From: Macrostomum lignano
Lineage: Eukaryota
DNA: 64,000 nt
Assembly (NCBI GenBank): GCA_002269645.1
Contig: NIVC01001124.1
Location: forward strand, 256,850-320,849
Reading direction: 5' to 3'
Shown here: positions 1 to 58,080 of the stretch, piece after piece
Layout: each line of letters begins with the position of its first letter
Position numbering within the stretch: position 1 is the stretch's first letter
Made by a program: the position numbers and the translations under genes
Notes under the pieces: model-generated
Told to the model about the DNA's origin: nothing
Database searches by the model: none
The model's input: only the letters and a program-made list of their open reading frames with translations

Positions 1-2
1 TG

Positions 3-431
3 GACAGTCTGAAAGATCAGTTGAAGCAGACCGAGTCGCGGCACGAGGACGAGCTAGCGAAGCTGCACCGGGAGCATCAGCAGGCTCTGTCCGATCGGGA
101 CAAACGAATCGACAATCTCAAGCGCCAGGTGGCCGGCGCGCTGGGCACGAATTCGCACGAGCGACAGTCGCAAATTGATCAGCTGAACAAAGAGCTGCAG
201 AAGATGGTCCACGAAGTTGAAACACTTCGACGACGGACTGGGGGCGGCGGCTGTCAGCAGTGCCCGACCAAGGACGCGGCGATGCGGGACCAGGGCGAGC
301 AGATCCGACAGCTGGGCGCGATTTGCCAACGGTTCCGAGGCCAGCTGAGTGAACAGGAGCAGATGCTCATCATGCTGCTTGGAAGCAAAACTTCCACCGG
401 GGCTGCTGGGGTTTCAAAAGCTAAGCAATGA
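3..431 (+). CDS. 3' end (terminal exon, 5'-partial) of an unidentified coiled-coil protein
   Basis: Open frame from the window edge (DSLKDQLKQTESRHEDELAKLHREHQQ...AKQ*), GC-rich, E/Q/K/L heptad composition; AATAAA at 621-626. Confidence 0.65.
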   Translation, partial: DSLKDQLKQTESRHEDELAKLHREHQQALSDRDKRIDNLKRQVAGALGTNSHERQSQIDQLNKELQKMVHEVETLRRRTGGGGCQQCPTKDAAMRDQGEQIRQLGAICQRFRGQLSEQEQMLIMLLGSKTSTGAAGVSKAKQ

Positions 432-1650
432 TTTTTGCTAATTCTCCAGTGTTTTGTCATGCTAAATTTGAGCTTGTTGTTAGATCTGGCGCCATGGCAA
501 CCGAGTTTGAAACACGCTACACTAGACTTTCTTAGAAACGAGCCGGAGGTCGGTAAGGGCACGCATAACGCTGAATGGGGGTTTTGCCATAGACAAGTTC
601 AGTTGGGAAAAACCGTTTTAAATAAATCAGATTTCTCTAGAGCATAACTACATGCACCGGCGATGCGAAAAGTACACGTTCCTGACCGACCTTCACCTGA
701 TTTCTAAGAAAAATCGATTTTAGTTGATTAATTTCTGTCGCCTTAGAGTATTTTTAGAGTCATTTTATACTTTGTCTATGGTAAAAACCCATTTCACTGA
801 TGCATCTGTGAACATGTACTCTGTTCGCTGCCCAATATGCTGCTCATTTATCGACCAATGTTTCAACAGAGATACTTTCTTCAATTAATCTTCTTGCCTT
901 CATTTCTGTGCACCGAAATCGAAGTGATAATTCACATTTTACTTCAAGTTGCTCTCTTCGCTGCTTGTCTTCCGTTATGCTAAAATTTTCTATGTAAAAC
1001 CTTACGTTTCCTGCAATGAAATAAATAAAGTTTAAAACTTTCCAAAATTTTCCTATGCTACATGTGAGGATCGTGCTAATATACTCGTGTGCATGCATGT
1101 GTATGACAAAATGCAAACTCATGACCTTGTTCAATCAATCACTCAATGCTCTGGCCCTCCAACTTCTGTCAGATGGCCAGCCCCAAGGTAACCTATAGAT
1201 GAAGTAAGCAGCTGGGTCCTGTAGCTATAAAGAGAGGGCAGCGAGAGACAAGCAAGAAGATTTTTAATTCTGAGTTCAAAATGATTCAGATCGCGAACAA
1301 GCTATACGAGCTACTCTTAGTATTAAATGGTGGATTTCTGCTTCGAAAAGTTGAGAACATGAAAAGTCATGCAAGTGCAGAACAAAAATCAGACTTCGGG
1401 GAGGCAGTTCAAAAAGTAAGGATAATTTTGTTCTCACAAGTGTCAAAACTTCAAATCACCCAGACCGACCTTCAGGGTCGTGCAATGTTATAGTGGAACA
1501 CGTCGATTCTGATTGGCTGAGCCTACACTGAATTTTTTAAAATGCTACCTAGACCCGAAACGCCAAATTATCCTACCAGGCTCACCTCTAATAATAAAAT
1601 AAGTATTTCTTGGTATTGTAAGGGTGCATGTAAATTTATAGGTTGGGAAA

Positions 1651-3617
1651 CAGATAGTGACAGTCAGATAGTGACAGTCAGATAGTGGCAGTCAGATAGT
1701 GTCAGTCAGATGGTGTCAGTCAGATAGTGGCAGTCAGATAGTGGCAGTCAGATAGTGGCATTCAGATAGTGGCAGTCAGATAGTGGCAGTCAGATAGTGT
1801 CAGTCAGATAGTGGCAGTCAGATAGTGGCAGTCAGATAGTGGCAGTCAGATAGTGGCATTCAGATAGTGGCAGTCAGATAGTGGCAGTCAGATAGTGGCA
1901 GTCAGATAGTGGCAGTCAGATAGTGGCAGTCAGATAGTGTCAGTCAGATAGTGGCAGTCAGATGTGTCAGTCAGAAAGTGGCAGTCAGATAGTGGCAGTC
2001 AGATAGTGGCAGTCAGATGTGTCAGTCAGATAGTGGCAGTCAGATAGTGGCAGTCAGATAGTGGCAGTCAGATGTGTCAGTCAGATAGTGGCAGTCAGAT
2101 GGCAGTCAGATAGTGGCAGTCAGATAGTGTCAGTCAGATAGTGGCAGTCAGATAGTGGCAGTCAGATAGTGTCAGTCAGATAGTGGCAGTCAGATGGCAG
2201 TCAGATAGTGGCAGTCAGATAGTGGCAGTCAGATAGTGTCAGTCAGATGGTGTCAGTCAGATAGTGGCAGTCAGATAGTGTCAGTCAGATAGTGGCAGTC
2301 AGATAGTGTCAGTCAGATAGTGGCAGTCAGATAGTGGCAGTCAGATAGTGTCAGTCAGATGGTGTCAGTCAGATAGTGGCAGTCAGATAGTGTCAGTCAG
2401 ATAGTGGCAGTCAGATGGCAGTCAGATAGTGGCAGTCAGATGACAGTCAGATAGTGGCAGTCAGATAGTGGCAGTCAGATAGTGTCAGTCAGATAGTGGC
2501 AGTCAGATAGTGTCAGTCAGATAGTGGCAGTCAGATAGTGGCAGTCAGATAGTGGCAGTCAGATAGTGTCAGTCAGATAGTGGCAGTCAGATGGCAGTCA
2601 GATAGTGGCAGTCAGATGACAGTCAGATAGTGGCAGTCAGATAGTGGCAGTCAGATAGTGTCAGTCAGATAGTGGCAGTCAGATAGTGTCAGTCAGATAG
2701 TGGCAGTCAGATAGTGGCAGTCAGATAGTGGCAGTCAGATAGTGGCAGTCAGATAGTGTCAGTCAGATGGTGTCAGTCAGATAGTGGCAGTCAGATAGTG
2801 TCAGTCAGATAGTGGCAGTCAGATGGCAGTCAGATAGTGGCAGTCAGATGACAGTCAGATAGTGGCAGTCAGATAATGGCAGTCAGATAGTGTCAGTCAG
2901 ATAGTGGCAGTCAGATAGTGTCAGTCAGATAGTGGCAGTCAGATGGTGTCAGTCAGATAGTGGCAGTCAGATAGTGGCAGTCAGATAGTGTCAGTCAGAT
3001 AGTGGCAGTCAGATAGTGTCAGTCAGATAGTGGCAGTCAGATAGTGGCAGTCAGATAGTGGCAGTCAGATAGTGGCAGTCAGATAGTGTCAGTCAGATAG
3101 TGGCAGTCAGATAGTGGCAGTCAGATAGTGTCAGTCAGATAGTGGCAGTCAGATAGTGTCAGTCAGATAGTGGCAGTCAGATAGATGGCAGTCAGATAGT
3201 GGCAGTCAGATAGTGGCAGTCAGATAGTGGCAGTCAGATAGTGGCAGTCAGATAGTGGCACTCAGATAGATGGCAGTCAGATAATGGCAGTCAGATAGTG
3301 GCAGTCAGATAGTGGCAGTCAGATAGATGGCAGTCAGATAGTGGCAGTCAGATAGTGGCACTCAGATAGATGGCAGTCAGATAGTGGCAGTCAGATAGTG
3401 TCAGTCAGATAGTGGCAGTCAGATAGTGGCACTCAGATAGTGGCAGTCAGATAGTGGCAGTCAGATAGTGGCAGTCAGATAGTGGCAGTCAGATAGTGGC
3501 AGTCATATAGTGTCAGTCAGATAGATGGCAGTCAGATAGTGGCAGTCAGATAGATGGCAGTCAGATAGTGGCAGTCAGATAATGGCACTCGGATAGTGGC
3601 ACTCAGATAGATGGCAG
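1651..3617. repeat. 14-bp minisatellite (CAGATAGTGGCAGT)n, ~140 copies
   Basis: Direct inspection; variants GTGTCA and shortened units. Confidence 0.97.
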
Positions 3618-4504
3618 CGTTATCTTCTTTGAATCCCCTCCGTGACGCTCAAATAAATTGCGGAGCAGTGAACTGTGTAGCCAGGGGCATTTAGTAGTCA
3701 GAGATTGAACGAATCCACGACAACATCATTCTATAGAATGAAATCGGAGTCCAGAGATCGGATGTCTCCTCACTGCAGCAATTCCGCTGCTCGCGCGCAC
3801 ACTGCGAGGTACATGCAAGAGCATGCCAGAAGTTCGGGAAACTCAAGCACTTTGGCAAGTTGTTTAAAAGTGCAAGTAGCCATTCCTATTACATGTAAAT
3901 GCACGTGTTCGAGGCTAAGCGTCAGCAGAGCGTCCGTCTGCTCCAAAAGGCATCTCTTTGCTTCTTGGCCGCTTGAAGCTGGATCCAGACAAATTTTTTC
4001 CTCTGAGTTGCAAATTCACATTTGAGAGAAGAAGAGGTTTGGAGTGGTGTGTCCGTAAATGGTGCCAAGCTGCTGTTTGACAATGTTAAGGACATTGTCG
4101 TTGTACTCGCCACATTCTCTGTTGCCTTCAATTTGCAGCACGTGTCTTCTTCTTAGAGGCATTTCTGGGGGTATTCGAAGTTATTTCTAAGTTGCGTCGG
4201 CGTGATGCCATTTCTCGGGAGTCTGCGCCATCGCTAGTAGCAGGCTTTCGTTAGATGTGGTGCACTTGACACTCTTAAAGTAGCAGTTGAACACATACAA
4301 TCTTGTCGTCGACAAAGCTGTTAAAATTAAAATTAAAAAATAAACAAATCAACGTAATAATAATTCTTATTAATTTTTAATTAATACATCATTTCTAATT
4401 CAGTATCTCTGAAAAAATCATGCATTTAAGAGTAAAGAATTCGTTTTGCCTTAAATTATTTTTTATGCTATATTCGTAACTCATAAGGGAAAATTAATGG
4501 CTGG

Positions 4505-4698
4505 GCTGGACCTCCGTACGGACCTTATATTGGACCTTAACATCCGGACCTTTACAAACATCCGGACCTTTAGAGGTCCGTATATAGTGACGGTGCGGAC
4601 CTTTGCGTGCGGACCATCTGTGGACCTTTTTGGGACCTATCGTTAAATCATCATAATCATCATAATCATAATCATAATCATAAACATTCATAATCATC
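4505..4698. repeat. Degenerate GGACCT cluster followed by (TCATAA)n
   Basis: Repeated ggacc(t) 4505-4640; tcataa units 4648-4698. Confidence 0.7.
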
Positions 4699-4962
4699 GT
4701 TATACCTCACACTTGGTGTGAGGTGAAGAGTTGAGTGCAAGAGTTGAGCATCAACGTTGCTTTCCCAGCCAAAGTTTGACAAGGCCCCAAGGGCTCGGAA
4801 AAGTCCTTGCAAAGGCTTCATGCATGATTTCCTAGGCTAAATTAAAGATTGGCAGATTCATCACCTGTTGTTCAATTCGAAACGGGCTTCAAATAAAATT
4901 GGACATCTTGTAACTGGCCTGGCATAATGCAGCGGGTTGAGAAGCATAAAGTGATGTTAAGT

Positions 4963-5040
4963 ACTACCGGCCATACCACGTTGAAAAAACCGGTTCTCGT
5001 CTGATAACCGAAGTTTAGCAACGTTGGGTTTGGTTAGTAC
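4963..5040 (+). pseudogene. 5S: 3'-truncated 5S rRNA copy (pseudogene or SINE3-like head)
   Basis: ACTACCGGCCATACCACGTTGAAAAAACCGGTTCTCGTCTGATAACCGAAGTTTAGCAACGTTGGGTTTGGTTAGTAC matches the first ~78 nt of invertebrate 5S rRNA; box C and the 3' third are absent. Confidence 0.85.
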
Positions 5041-5281
5041 GAGCGTACTCGCCGATTTCTAAAATCATATATTACAGACTTAATCGTTTCAGCATGTAAA
5101 TATTGAATAACAGAATGAATTATTCGGTACTAAAACGATCAATATTCCCATTTTCTACAATTTCTTTATCTATTTTACAATTGTAAATTTGTTTGTAAAA
5201 AATATACGTTCCACGTTTGCTACTCTCTACTGAAAGTAGGCAACTTAGACGCAACCGATAAAATTTGTCAGACAACCCTTT

Positions 5282-5301
5282 TTTCGCGAAATTTCCAGAA
5301 C
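5282..5301 (+). promoter_or_regulatory. Heat shock element, 4 inverted pentamers
   Basis: TTTCG CGAAA TTTCC AGAAC = nTTCn nGAAn nTTCn nGAAn. Confidence 0.9.
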
Positions 5302-5343
5302 GAGCTAAAAATAGCTCGCGGCGCATTCGCGGAGGATGGTACG

Positions 5344-5358
5344 GGAAACTTCTAGAAA
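5344..5358 (+). promoter_or_regulatory. Heat shock element, 3 inverted pentamers
   Basis: GGAAA CTTCT AGAAA, 12 bp upstream of the TATA box. Confidence 0.9.
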
Positions 5359-5370
5359 CGGGCCGGAGTC

Positions 5371-5377
5371 TATAAAA
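5371..5377 (+). promoter_or_regulatory. TATA box of HSP70
   Basis: TATAAAA 156 bp upstream of the ATG at 5533. Confidence 0.85.
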
Positions 5378-5532
5378 GAGAAGCACCCGGCCCAGAATTG
5401 GAGGCAAGAAGAAATCGGATCGCAAGCCGAACGAAACGAACAGCAAAGCCAAGCAAGCCATCAAGGCAACTGACGCATCAGCCTACGCTACTACTCGTAT
5501 ATCAAGCAAGTGCGAATTAATCGATCGACAAC

Positions 5533-7448
5533 ATGGGTAAGAGCAACAACGGACCTGCAATCGGCATTGACCTGGGCACCACGTACTCGTGCGTTGGCGT
5601 GTTCCAGGCAGGCAAAGTGGAGATCATTGCCAATGACCAGGGCAACCGAACCACTCCCAGCTACGTGGCCTTCACGGACACGGAGAGGCTGGTAGGCGAC
5701 GCTGCAAAGAACCAGGTGGCGATGAATCCGGACAACACGGTGTTTGACGCGAAGCGTCTGATCGGACGAAAGTTCGGAGACGAGACGGTGCAGAGGGACA
5801 TGAAGCTGTGGCCATTCAAGGTGACGAACGACGGAGGCCGACCCAAGATTGAGGTGCAGTACATGGGCGAGAGGCGCAGCTTCTACCCGGAGGAGATCTC
5901 CGCCATGGTTCTCACCAAGATGAAGGAGACGGCGGAGGCCTACCTCGGCGAGAAGGTGTCTGACGCGGTGATCACGGTGCCGGCCTACTTCAACGACAGT
6001 CAGCGACAGGCAACGAAGGATGCCGGGGCGATTGCCGGACTGAACGTGCTGCGCATCGTGAACGAGCCGACTGCTGCGGCACTGGCCTACGGTCTGGACA
6101 AGAACCTGCAGGGTGAAAGAACATTCTCATCTTTGACCTGGGAGGCGGCACGTTCGACGTGTCCATCCTGACAGTGTCGGAGGGCAGCATGTTCGAGGTG
6201 CGCGCAACCGCCGGCGACACCCACCTCGGCGGCGAGGACTTTGATCATCGTCTGGTTGAGCACCTGATGCAAGAGTTCAAGCGCAAGTACCGCAAGGACA
6301 TGAGCGGCAACGCTCGGGCTGTGAGACGCCTTCGGACTGCGGCTGAGCGAGCGAAGCGAACGCTGAGCAGCTCGGCACAGGCGAGCATCGAGATTGACTC
6401 GCTGTTCGAGGGCATCGATTTTTACACGAGCGTCACCAGGGCTCGATTCGAGGAGCTGTGCGCCGACCTGTTTCGCCAGACGATGGAGCCGGTGGAGCGA
6501 GCGCTGAGAGACGCCAAGATGGACAAGAGCAACATCAACGAGATCGTGCTGGTTGGCGGATCAACCCGGATCCCGAGGGTGCAGAAGTTGCTGCAAGAAT
6601 TCATGGGCGGTCGGACGCTGAACAAGTCGATCAACCCGGACGAGGCGGTCGCCTACGGAGCTGCCGTGCAGGCTGCGGTGCTGACTGGCGTGAAGGACGA
6701 CAAGATCGACGACCTGCTGCTGCTGGATGTGGCGCCGCTGTCTCTCGGCATCGAGACCGCCGGCGGGGTGATGACCAAGATTGTCGAGCGGAACAGCCGC
6801 ATCCCGACCAAGGCGACGCAGACGTTCACCACCTACTCGGACAACCAGAGCGGCGTCACGGTGCAGGTGTTCGAGGGCGAGCGAGCGCTCACCAGAGACA
6901 ACCACCTGCTGGGCCGGTTCAACCTGGACGGGATCCCGCCAGCGCCGCGCGGAGTCCCTCAGATCGAGGTGACCTTCGACGTTGACGCCAACGGAATCCT
7001 GGTGGTGTCGGCGAAAGACAAGAGCACCAGCAAGGAGGAGAAGATCACGATCACGAACGACAAGGGCCGCCTCTCGAAGGACGAGATCGACAGGATGGTG
7101 CGGGATGCGGAGAAGTTCCGCGAGGAGGACGAGCGGCACCGCGAGCGCCTGGCGGCCCGCAACCAGCTCGAGTCGCTCGCCTTCCAGTACAAGCAGGCTG
7201 CCAACGACTGCAAGGACAAGCTGGGCGAGAAGGACTCCGCCGAGGTGGTGGCCGCCTGCGAGCAAGTGATTTCCTGGCTGGAGAACAACCGGACTGCCGA
7301 GAAGGACGAGATCGCCCACCAGCAGCAGCAACTCAGCAGCCGCTGCTCGTCAATCATGGCCAAGCTTCATCAGCAGCAGCAGCAGTCTGGTCAGCCTCAG
7401 CCTGGACATCAGCGAGCCGGAGGACCCACCGTTGAGGAGGTCGACTGA
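5533..7448 (+). CDS. HSP70: Inducible cytosolic HSP70, intronless, ~638 aa, with an apparent 1-bp deletion at 6116-6118
   Basis: [23 protein letters not shown]-terminal GPTVEEVD. Adding one A to GGTGAAAGAAC restores [18 protein letters not shown] and joins ORFs 5533-6171 and 6159-7448. Confidence 0.93.
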
Positions 7449-7492
7449 GCATCATGTGCGCTATTTCTTCAAGGACGAGTACTTAGCTCTTG

Positions 7493-7498
7493 AATAAA
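7493..7498 (+). terminator. Polyadenylation signal of HSP70
   Basis: AATAAA 45 bp after the stop codon. Confidence 0.7.
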
Positions 7499-8739
7499 CT
7501 TTTTACATAAGTATACCTTTGCAATTACATATAATCAACGAGCTAAGTGCAAGTTTCTTAATTGTCTAATTGCATCCCTTTTCTAAAATTCATGCATAAC
7601 TTTAGCGCTTGATCGCATATTTTTACATTCATAAGCGCGTTTTGTACAGTTTTGCGGATAATTGTTGAATAAACACATTGTTTTTTATATTAGTAATTTC
7701 TTCGTACATAGTCAATTAAATACAAATTGTGTGTTGCATATTATCATTTTTTCTATCGTTCATGGACGGACGGGGTTAACAATGAATTATTGTCTTGCGT
7801 GCAATGCTATTTGAGTGCAATACCACACAAAAATATCAAAGTAATTATATATGGTTGCATGTTAAATTAAAAAAATGACAATCTTCACTGCCCCAGATCA
7901 AGTGCAATAATTGCTTATGAGATAAAAAATACTTTTTTCCTATCTCCAAAGTGTTTTTTTCCAGGAAATTGGCCTCTCCATGCAAAAATTACAAGATTAC
8001 TCTCAGTGGTCCTAGAAATAATATAATGTCGTCAAAAATCACCTTCCCCTGAACTCTGCGTGTACGTACATTGTAAATTGTAAGTAAATGTATGCATACT
8101 TTTAGTCGTCCTAGGTTACATAAGATGCAAATGTATAATAATACTCAGTACGTACAATTTCTGAGATCCCATCATATTTGGCTCTCCATCTGCTACATGC
8201 GCAGTCGTCCAAACATGCATTTACAAGTTTTAAAAAATGTAAAGTGTCACCTTAGTGAAAAGTAGTTCAATTTCGTTTAAAAATATAACTTTGAACGAAA
8301 ATATTGGTAAAAAACAGTACACACCATGCATAAAATACAGATCGAGACCATGATCACCAAATTTGGCGACCATTAGCTCGGCTTTTCAATTAACTTTTAA
8401 ATGTTCGCAGTTGGGTATAACAAAAAGTACCGTAATATCTTTTGAAATCAAATGTTTTTTTATATACTGTTGTTTAACAGCAAATTTTATTAAGTTCAAA
8501 AGTAATTGTCAAGTAAATTGTGTTTTCAAGAAATCTATTTCGTTTTCTTTGAAAATACAGGTACGGTTGCAGTTTTAAATTATTGACAGTGCGTCACTCT
8601 ATTGAATTTTTCTAATGCGTTAAGTCATTAACAAAAGCTACAGTCCAGTGTGTTAGTTTATTTTTGTTGTTGATTGTAGAACTGTACATTGGTGAAAGAA
8701 TAACCGATAAAACAACGTTTATATTGCGGCCATCGGTCA

Positions 8740-53875
<45,136 letters not shown>

Positions 53876-55004
53876 CTCTGTCTGTTTGCTCCCCTGGGTG
53901 TCTGTTCTTTTTTACAATTAAATAGACCTTTTTTGCTTGCACTGCTTTTATATTGTTTGCAGTTCTCTTATTATAAGTTAATTATTTATATTATGTATTA
54001 ATAATCAGGGTCAAGGGCTCAATATCAAGCAATATTACTCCAGCATCGCTGCATTATTGGAGCTAGCTGATTGGGTCTTCCAGCGAATATATTGTTCTTG
54101 TGGCATGAGTAGCTTATTGACATTTTCTCCGGCTAACTTTACTATGCAACAGAGGTCTTCCTTTCTCTTATGATGGTTGTTGCATTGTTTTACTGTGTCA
54201 TTTTTTATTGTTTTTGCTGCAATTACGATTGCGTTCTTTTTCTGTTTGCTTTCATTTTTCCCAGTATTTTTCCTTTTTTCTTTTTATGATTTATGATTAA
54301 ATTATAGTATTAGTATTAAAAGTGCAATTGACCACTTATTAAAATGTGCGCGCATTTTATCGTGGCTATTTCTAATCTTGTCAAGAGAAAAAAGTTTTTT
54401 TATGTGCTTGCCCGAAAAAGTCCTCATTTTCCTTGCTTCTCTACTTGCAGTAAGTAGTTCAGTTTAGTCAACGCTTTTTATAAAGCTATATTAAATCACT
54501 GGAAAAAACTGCTTTTTAAAGCAAGTTAGCTTCATTTTTAGTCCGCACTTTTATTTTGTTTTGTTCCTTTTTGTTCCGACTCTAACCGTGACGCTTCTCC
54601 GCCTGTACTATTGCTGTGGTAGTCTGCTTCTCCCTACTTTGTGCTGACAAAGCTAACATTAATAAAGTTATATTGGTTATTCTGTCTACAGAACTTGCGA
54701 TATCTTGAAGCGAGTCTGCCGACCCGGCCTCAAACTGTTGCATTAAATAGCTGCCTTGTTAGCCACATCTGTCTGTTTGTCCGTCTGTCTGTCTGTCTGT
54801 CTATCTCACGGATACTAGACTAACTAGATATGTAATTCGCAATTTAAATTGTTAAAAAGTAGAGCGTCTACTCTTTATTCAGTAGTTTGTCTGCTCAGTG
54901 TCACTTAAATTTAATGTGGCAGCTAAAATTTCCTTTCTTTTGCAGCAGCATATCGGGTTAAGAATGAACAGCAAATATTTAACTGGATGTACAAAAGTGT
55001 CTAG

Positions 55005-55410
55005 GGCGCAGGCCCAATCTATGCAATAGCTCAGACAATAAGAGAGCAATAAGGAGAGAGGTCGAAGTTGGACGAACGAAACTCTGCCTTAGGGGGGGGG
55101 GGCAGGCCCAATAATTGTTCAGCCAATGAGAGAGCAGTAAGGAGAGAGGTTAAAAGTTGGACGGACGAAACTCAGCCTTAAGGGGGCAGGCCCAATAATG
55201 GTGCAGCCAATGAGAGAACAAGTAAGGAGAGAGGTTAAAAGTTGGACGGACGAAACTCAGCCTTAAGGGGGCAGGCCCAATAATGGTGCAGCCAATGAGA
55301 GAGCAGTAAGGTGAGAGGTTAAAAGTTGGACGGACGAAACTCAGCCTTAAGGGGCAGGCCCAATAATGGTGCAGCCAATGAGAGAGCAGTAAGGTGAGAG
55401 GTCAAAGTCA
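55005..55410. repeat. ~84-94-bp tandem repeat, ~4.5 copies
   Basis: GCAGGCCCAATAATGGTGCAGCCAATGAGAGAGCAGTAAGG...GGACGAAACTCAGCCTTAAGGGG. Confidence 0.88.
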
Positions 55411-56083
55411 GTTTATCGGCCTGGCCGGAGACTGGAGCGACCCCCCTCTTTTCTCTCTTACTCCGCTATGTAGACTTAGGTTTATCAAGTTTTCCTGCAA
55501 TCTTTAGTCTTAAATTAATTTGTTTTTAAGTAATTTCGAGTCTGAGACAATCAGGAGTCGGTGAAGCATGATGAAGATGCAAATTTAATGGGTCTGCTTG
55601 TAAGGCGATGGTTGCAACTTCAAAAACATAAAATGCAAAAAACGCTAATTTTGCTACTAAAAGAGAGTAGACAAGCGAGCGCATTTTTTCGAGTGACATA
55701 TCTAGTCATTCTAGTGTCTACGAGCGTAAATGTCTGTCTGTCTCCGCTATTTTCTACCTTTGAATTGTGTTTGCTTGAGTTGTTTTTTACTGTTAACTGA
55801 TATTGACCGATATAATACTATAATTATTATTGTCAAATACAAGTGTATACTATATTATAAATTATATACTTGCACTTATCATTGTCTCAATTCAATTCGC
55901 CCTATAGAACAAATACTATTAAAAAGTTATTTTCTTGAATAATTACAGTTCTTTCTTCTGCTTTAGTAACTAACCTACTCGCTACACTACTGATGCTGGT
56001 AGACTACTCTGTATATAGTCAATTGGTGCATACGGATCTGAGTGTTCTAATTCCTTCCTTAGGGTTGTCGGTTTCTGTCGGCA

Positions 56084-58080
56084 TCACCCACTGCACCAGC
56101 CCGTTTTTCAGTCACCCACTGCCCGATTCTTCAGTCATCCACTGGCCCAGGCCGATTCTTCAGTCACCCACTGGCCCAGGCCGATTCTTCAGTCACCCAC
56201 TGGCCCAGGCCGATTCTTCAGTCACCCACTGGCCCAGGCCGATTCTTCAGTCACCCACTGGCCCAGGCCGATTCTTCAGTCACCCACTGGCCCAGGCCGA
56301 TTCTTCAGTCACCCACTGGCCCAGGCCGATTCTTCAGTCACCCACTGGCCCAGGCCGATTCTTCAGTCACCCACTGGCCCAGGCCGATTCTTCAGTCACC
56401 CACTGGCCCAGGCCGATTCTTCAGTCACCCACTGGCCCAGGCCGATTCTTCAGTCACCCACTGCCCGATTCTTCAGTCATCCACTGGCCCAGGCCGATTC
56501 TTCAGTCACCCACTGGCCCAGGCCGATTCTTCAGTCACCCACTGGCCCAGGCCGATTATTCAGTCACGCACTGCCCGATTCTTCAGTCACCCACTGCCCG
56601 ATTCTTCAGTCACCCACTGCCCGATTCTTCAGTCACCCACTGCCCGATTCTTCAGTCACCCACTGCCCGATTCTTCAGTCACCCACTGCCCGATTCTTCA
56701 GTCACCCACTGCACGATTCTTCTTCTGGTTGTCCTGGCTCAGATCAGGCGCGCCGTGGGCACCACCTGAGGGCTCACCCCCAGGAAGCTGTGGTGGATTT
56801 ACACTGCCATCATCCGCCCCTCGATCAGTTACGCCAGCCTCGTGTGGGCCAGCGGCCTGAGCGTCAAGAGCAACCTCGACGCTCTCTACAAAACCCAGGG
56901 CAGAGCCTGCCGCATGACTATGGGCGCTCCACCCTCTACTCCTTTTGAAGGCATGAATGCCTTCCTCTGTGCCCCTCCTCTGGATATTTATATCAAAGGA
57001 GAGGCGGCGAAGAGCACCCGGCGTCTTCTGGATGCTGGGGTGGCCTTCAAAAAAGTGCGGGCCTTTAAGAAGCGGTCGCTTATCCCGCACTCTGACCTCT
57101 GCCTCAAGGCTCTCGAGGAGTGTGGCGGGCTTAACATCCTCATGGACTCAATCCCAGCCACCCTTCTCCTGAGCCAAAGGTATAAGGTCACCATTCAGCC
57201 TCGACACGAGGCGAGTGACAGCTGGAGCGACTCTGAAGTCCACTGTTACACTGACGGCTCTATGAGGCATGGTCTTTCAGGCTTCGGAGCTTGCGTCTTC
57301 TTCAAGGGAGAAGTGGTGTGGAGCTACTCCCAGCACACTGGGCCCCAACTCCAGTGTTTTTCAGAGCGAGGTGCTTGCCATCAGCTCCTGCGCGGCAGAG
57401 CTGCGCCGAAGGCAGCTCAGCGGTCGGAAATTTATTTTTCACTCTGACAGCCAAGCAGCCCTTCGGGCCCTCTGCCGCAGCACCGCCAGCTCCAGGTCCG
57501 TCCTGGACTGCAACACCCAGCTCAACGGGCTTGCGCTAGGCAACCAGGTGGAGCTCAGATGGATCCCGGGCCACGCCGGCTTCCTCGGCAACAAGCGCGC
57601 TGACCTGCTGGCCAAGGCTGGCTCCGCCGGCGCGCTGCTGGGGCCAGGCCCGGGAGCCCCATCCCCGCCTCGGTGATCAACTCCCGCGTTAAGCGCTGGA
57701 CTGACTCCGAGCATCTCCGCAGGTGGCACGACACCCAGCCAGGCTCACTCACCTCGGGCCAAACCCGGTTCTCCCGACGTTTGCAGGCCCGAGAGCATCC
57801 CGCTGCTCGCCCGGTACGCTCGCCCGGTACCTCAAGGACACGGGACGAGCTGATTTCTTCCCCACCGCCGGTGAGGAGGACCGCGCTGCAGGCGAGACCG
57901 ACGGGTCCCCTGAGCGACATCACTTCGATGGAAGTCTTTGGTCGCCAGGGGCTAGCGGAATGGGCGGTCTCCTCCGCCTCCTCGCTGCATCCGCCGGACG
58001 CCCCCTGCAGCTAAGTCAAGTAAGTCAAAGCCCCGATTCTTCAGTCACCCACTGCCCCAGGCCGATTCTTCAGTCACCCC
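56084..58080. repeat. 29/23-bp minisatellite (56084-56721, resuming 58029-58080) split by a LINE insertion
   Basis: CCACTGGCCCAGGCCGATTCTTCAGTCAC and CCACTGCCCGATTCTTCAGTCAC on both sides of the LINE. Confidence 0.93.
56722..58028 (+). mobile_element. 5'-truncated, decayed RNase H-encoding non-LTR retrotransposon (I/R1/Loa-like)
   Basis: T*GLTPRKLWWIYTAIIRPSISYASLVW thumb region; YTDGS; FHSDSQAAL; WIPGHAGFLGNKRADLLAK; nonsense and frameshift lesions; tail CTAAGTCAAGTAAGTCAA. Confidence 0.9.

Noticed and set aside
844-4320. Minus-strand gene fragments at 844-1010 and 3700-4317 flanking the 14-bp satellite
   Set aside because: Plausible acceptors exist, but frames are interrupted and no family is recognisable.
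5661-7363. Antisense and alternative-frame ORFs overlapping HSP70 (and similar ones over the myosin exons)
   Set aside because: Expected shadows of GC3-rich coding sequence.
55100-56720. Hammerhead motifs in the 84-bp repeat (GGACGAAAC) and the 29-bp repeat (minus-strand CTGAAGA)
   Set aside because: Each has only one half of the catalytic core.
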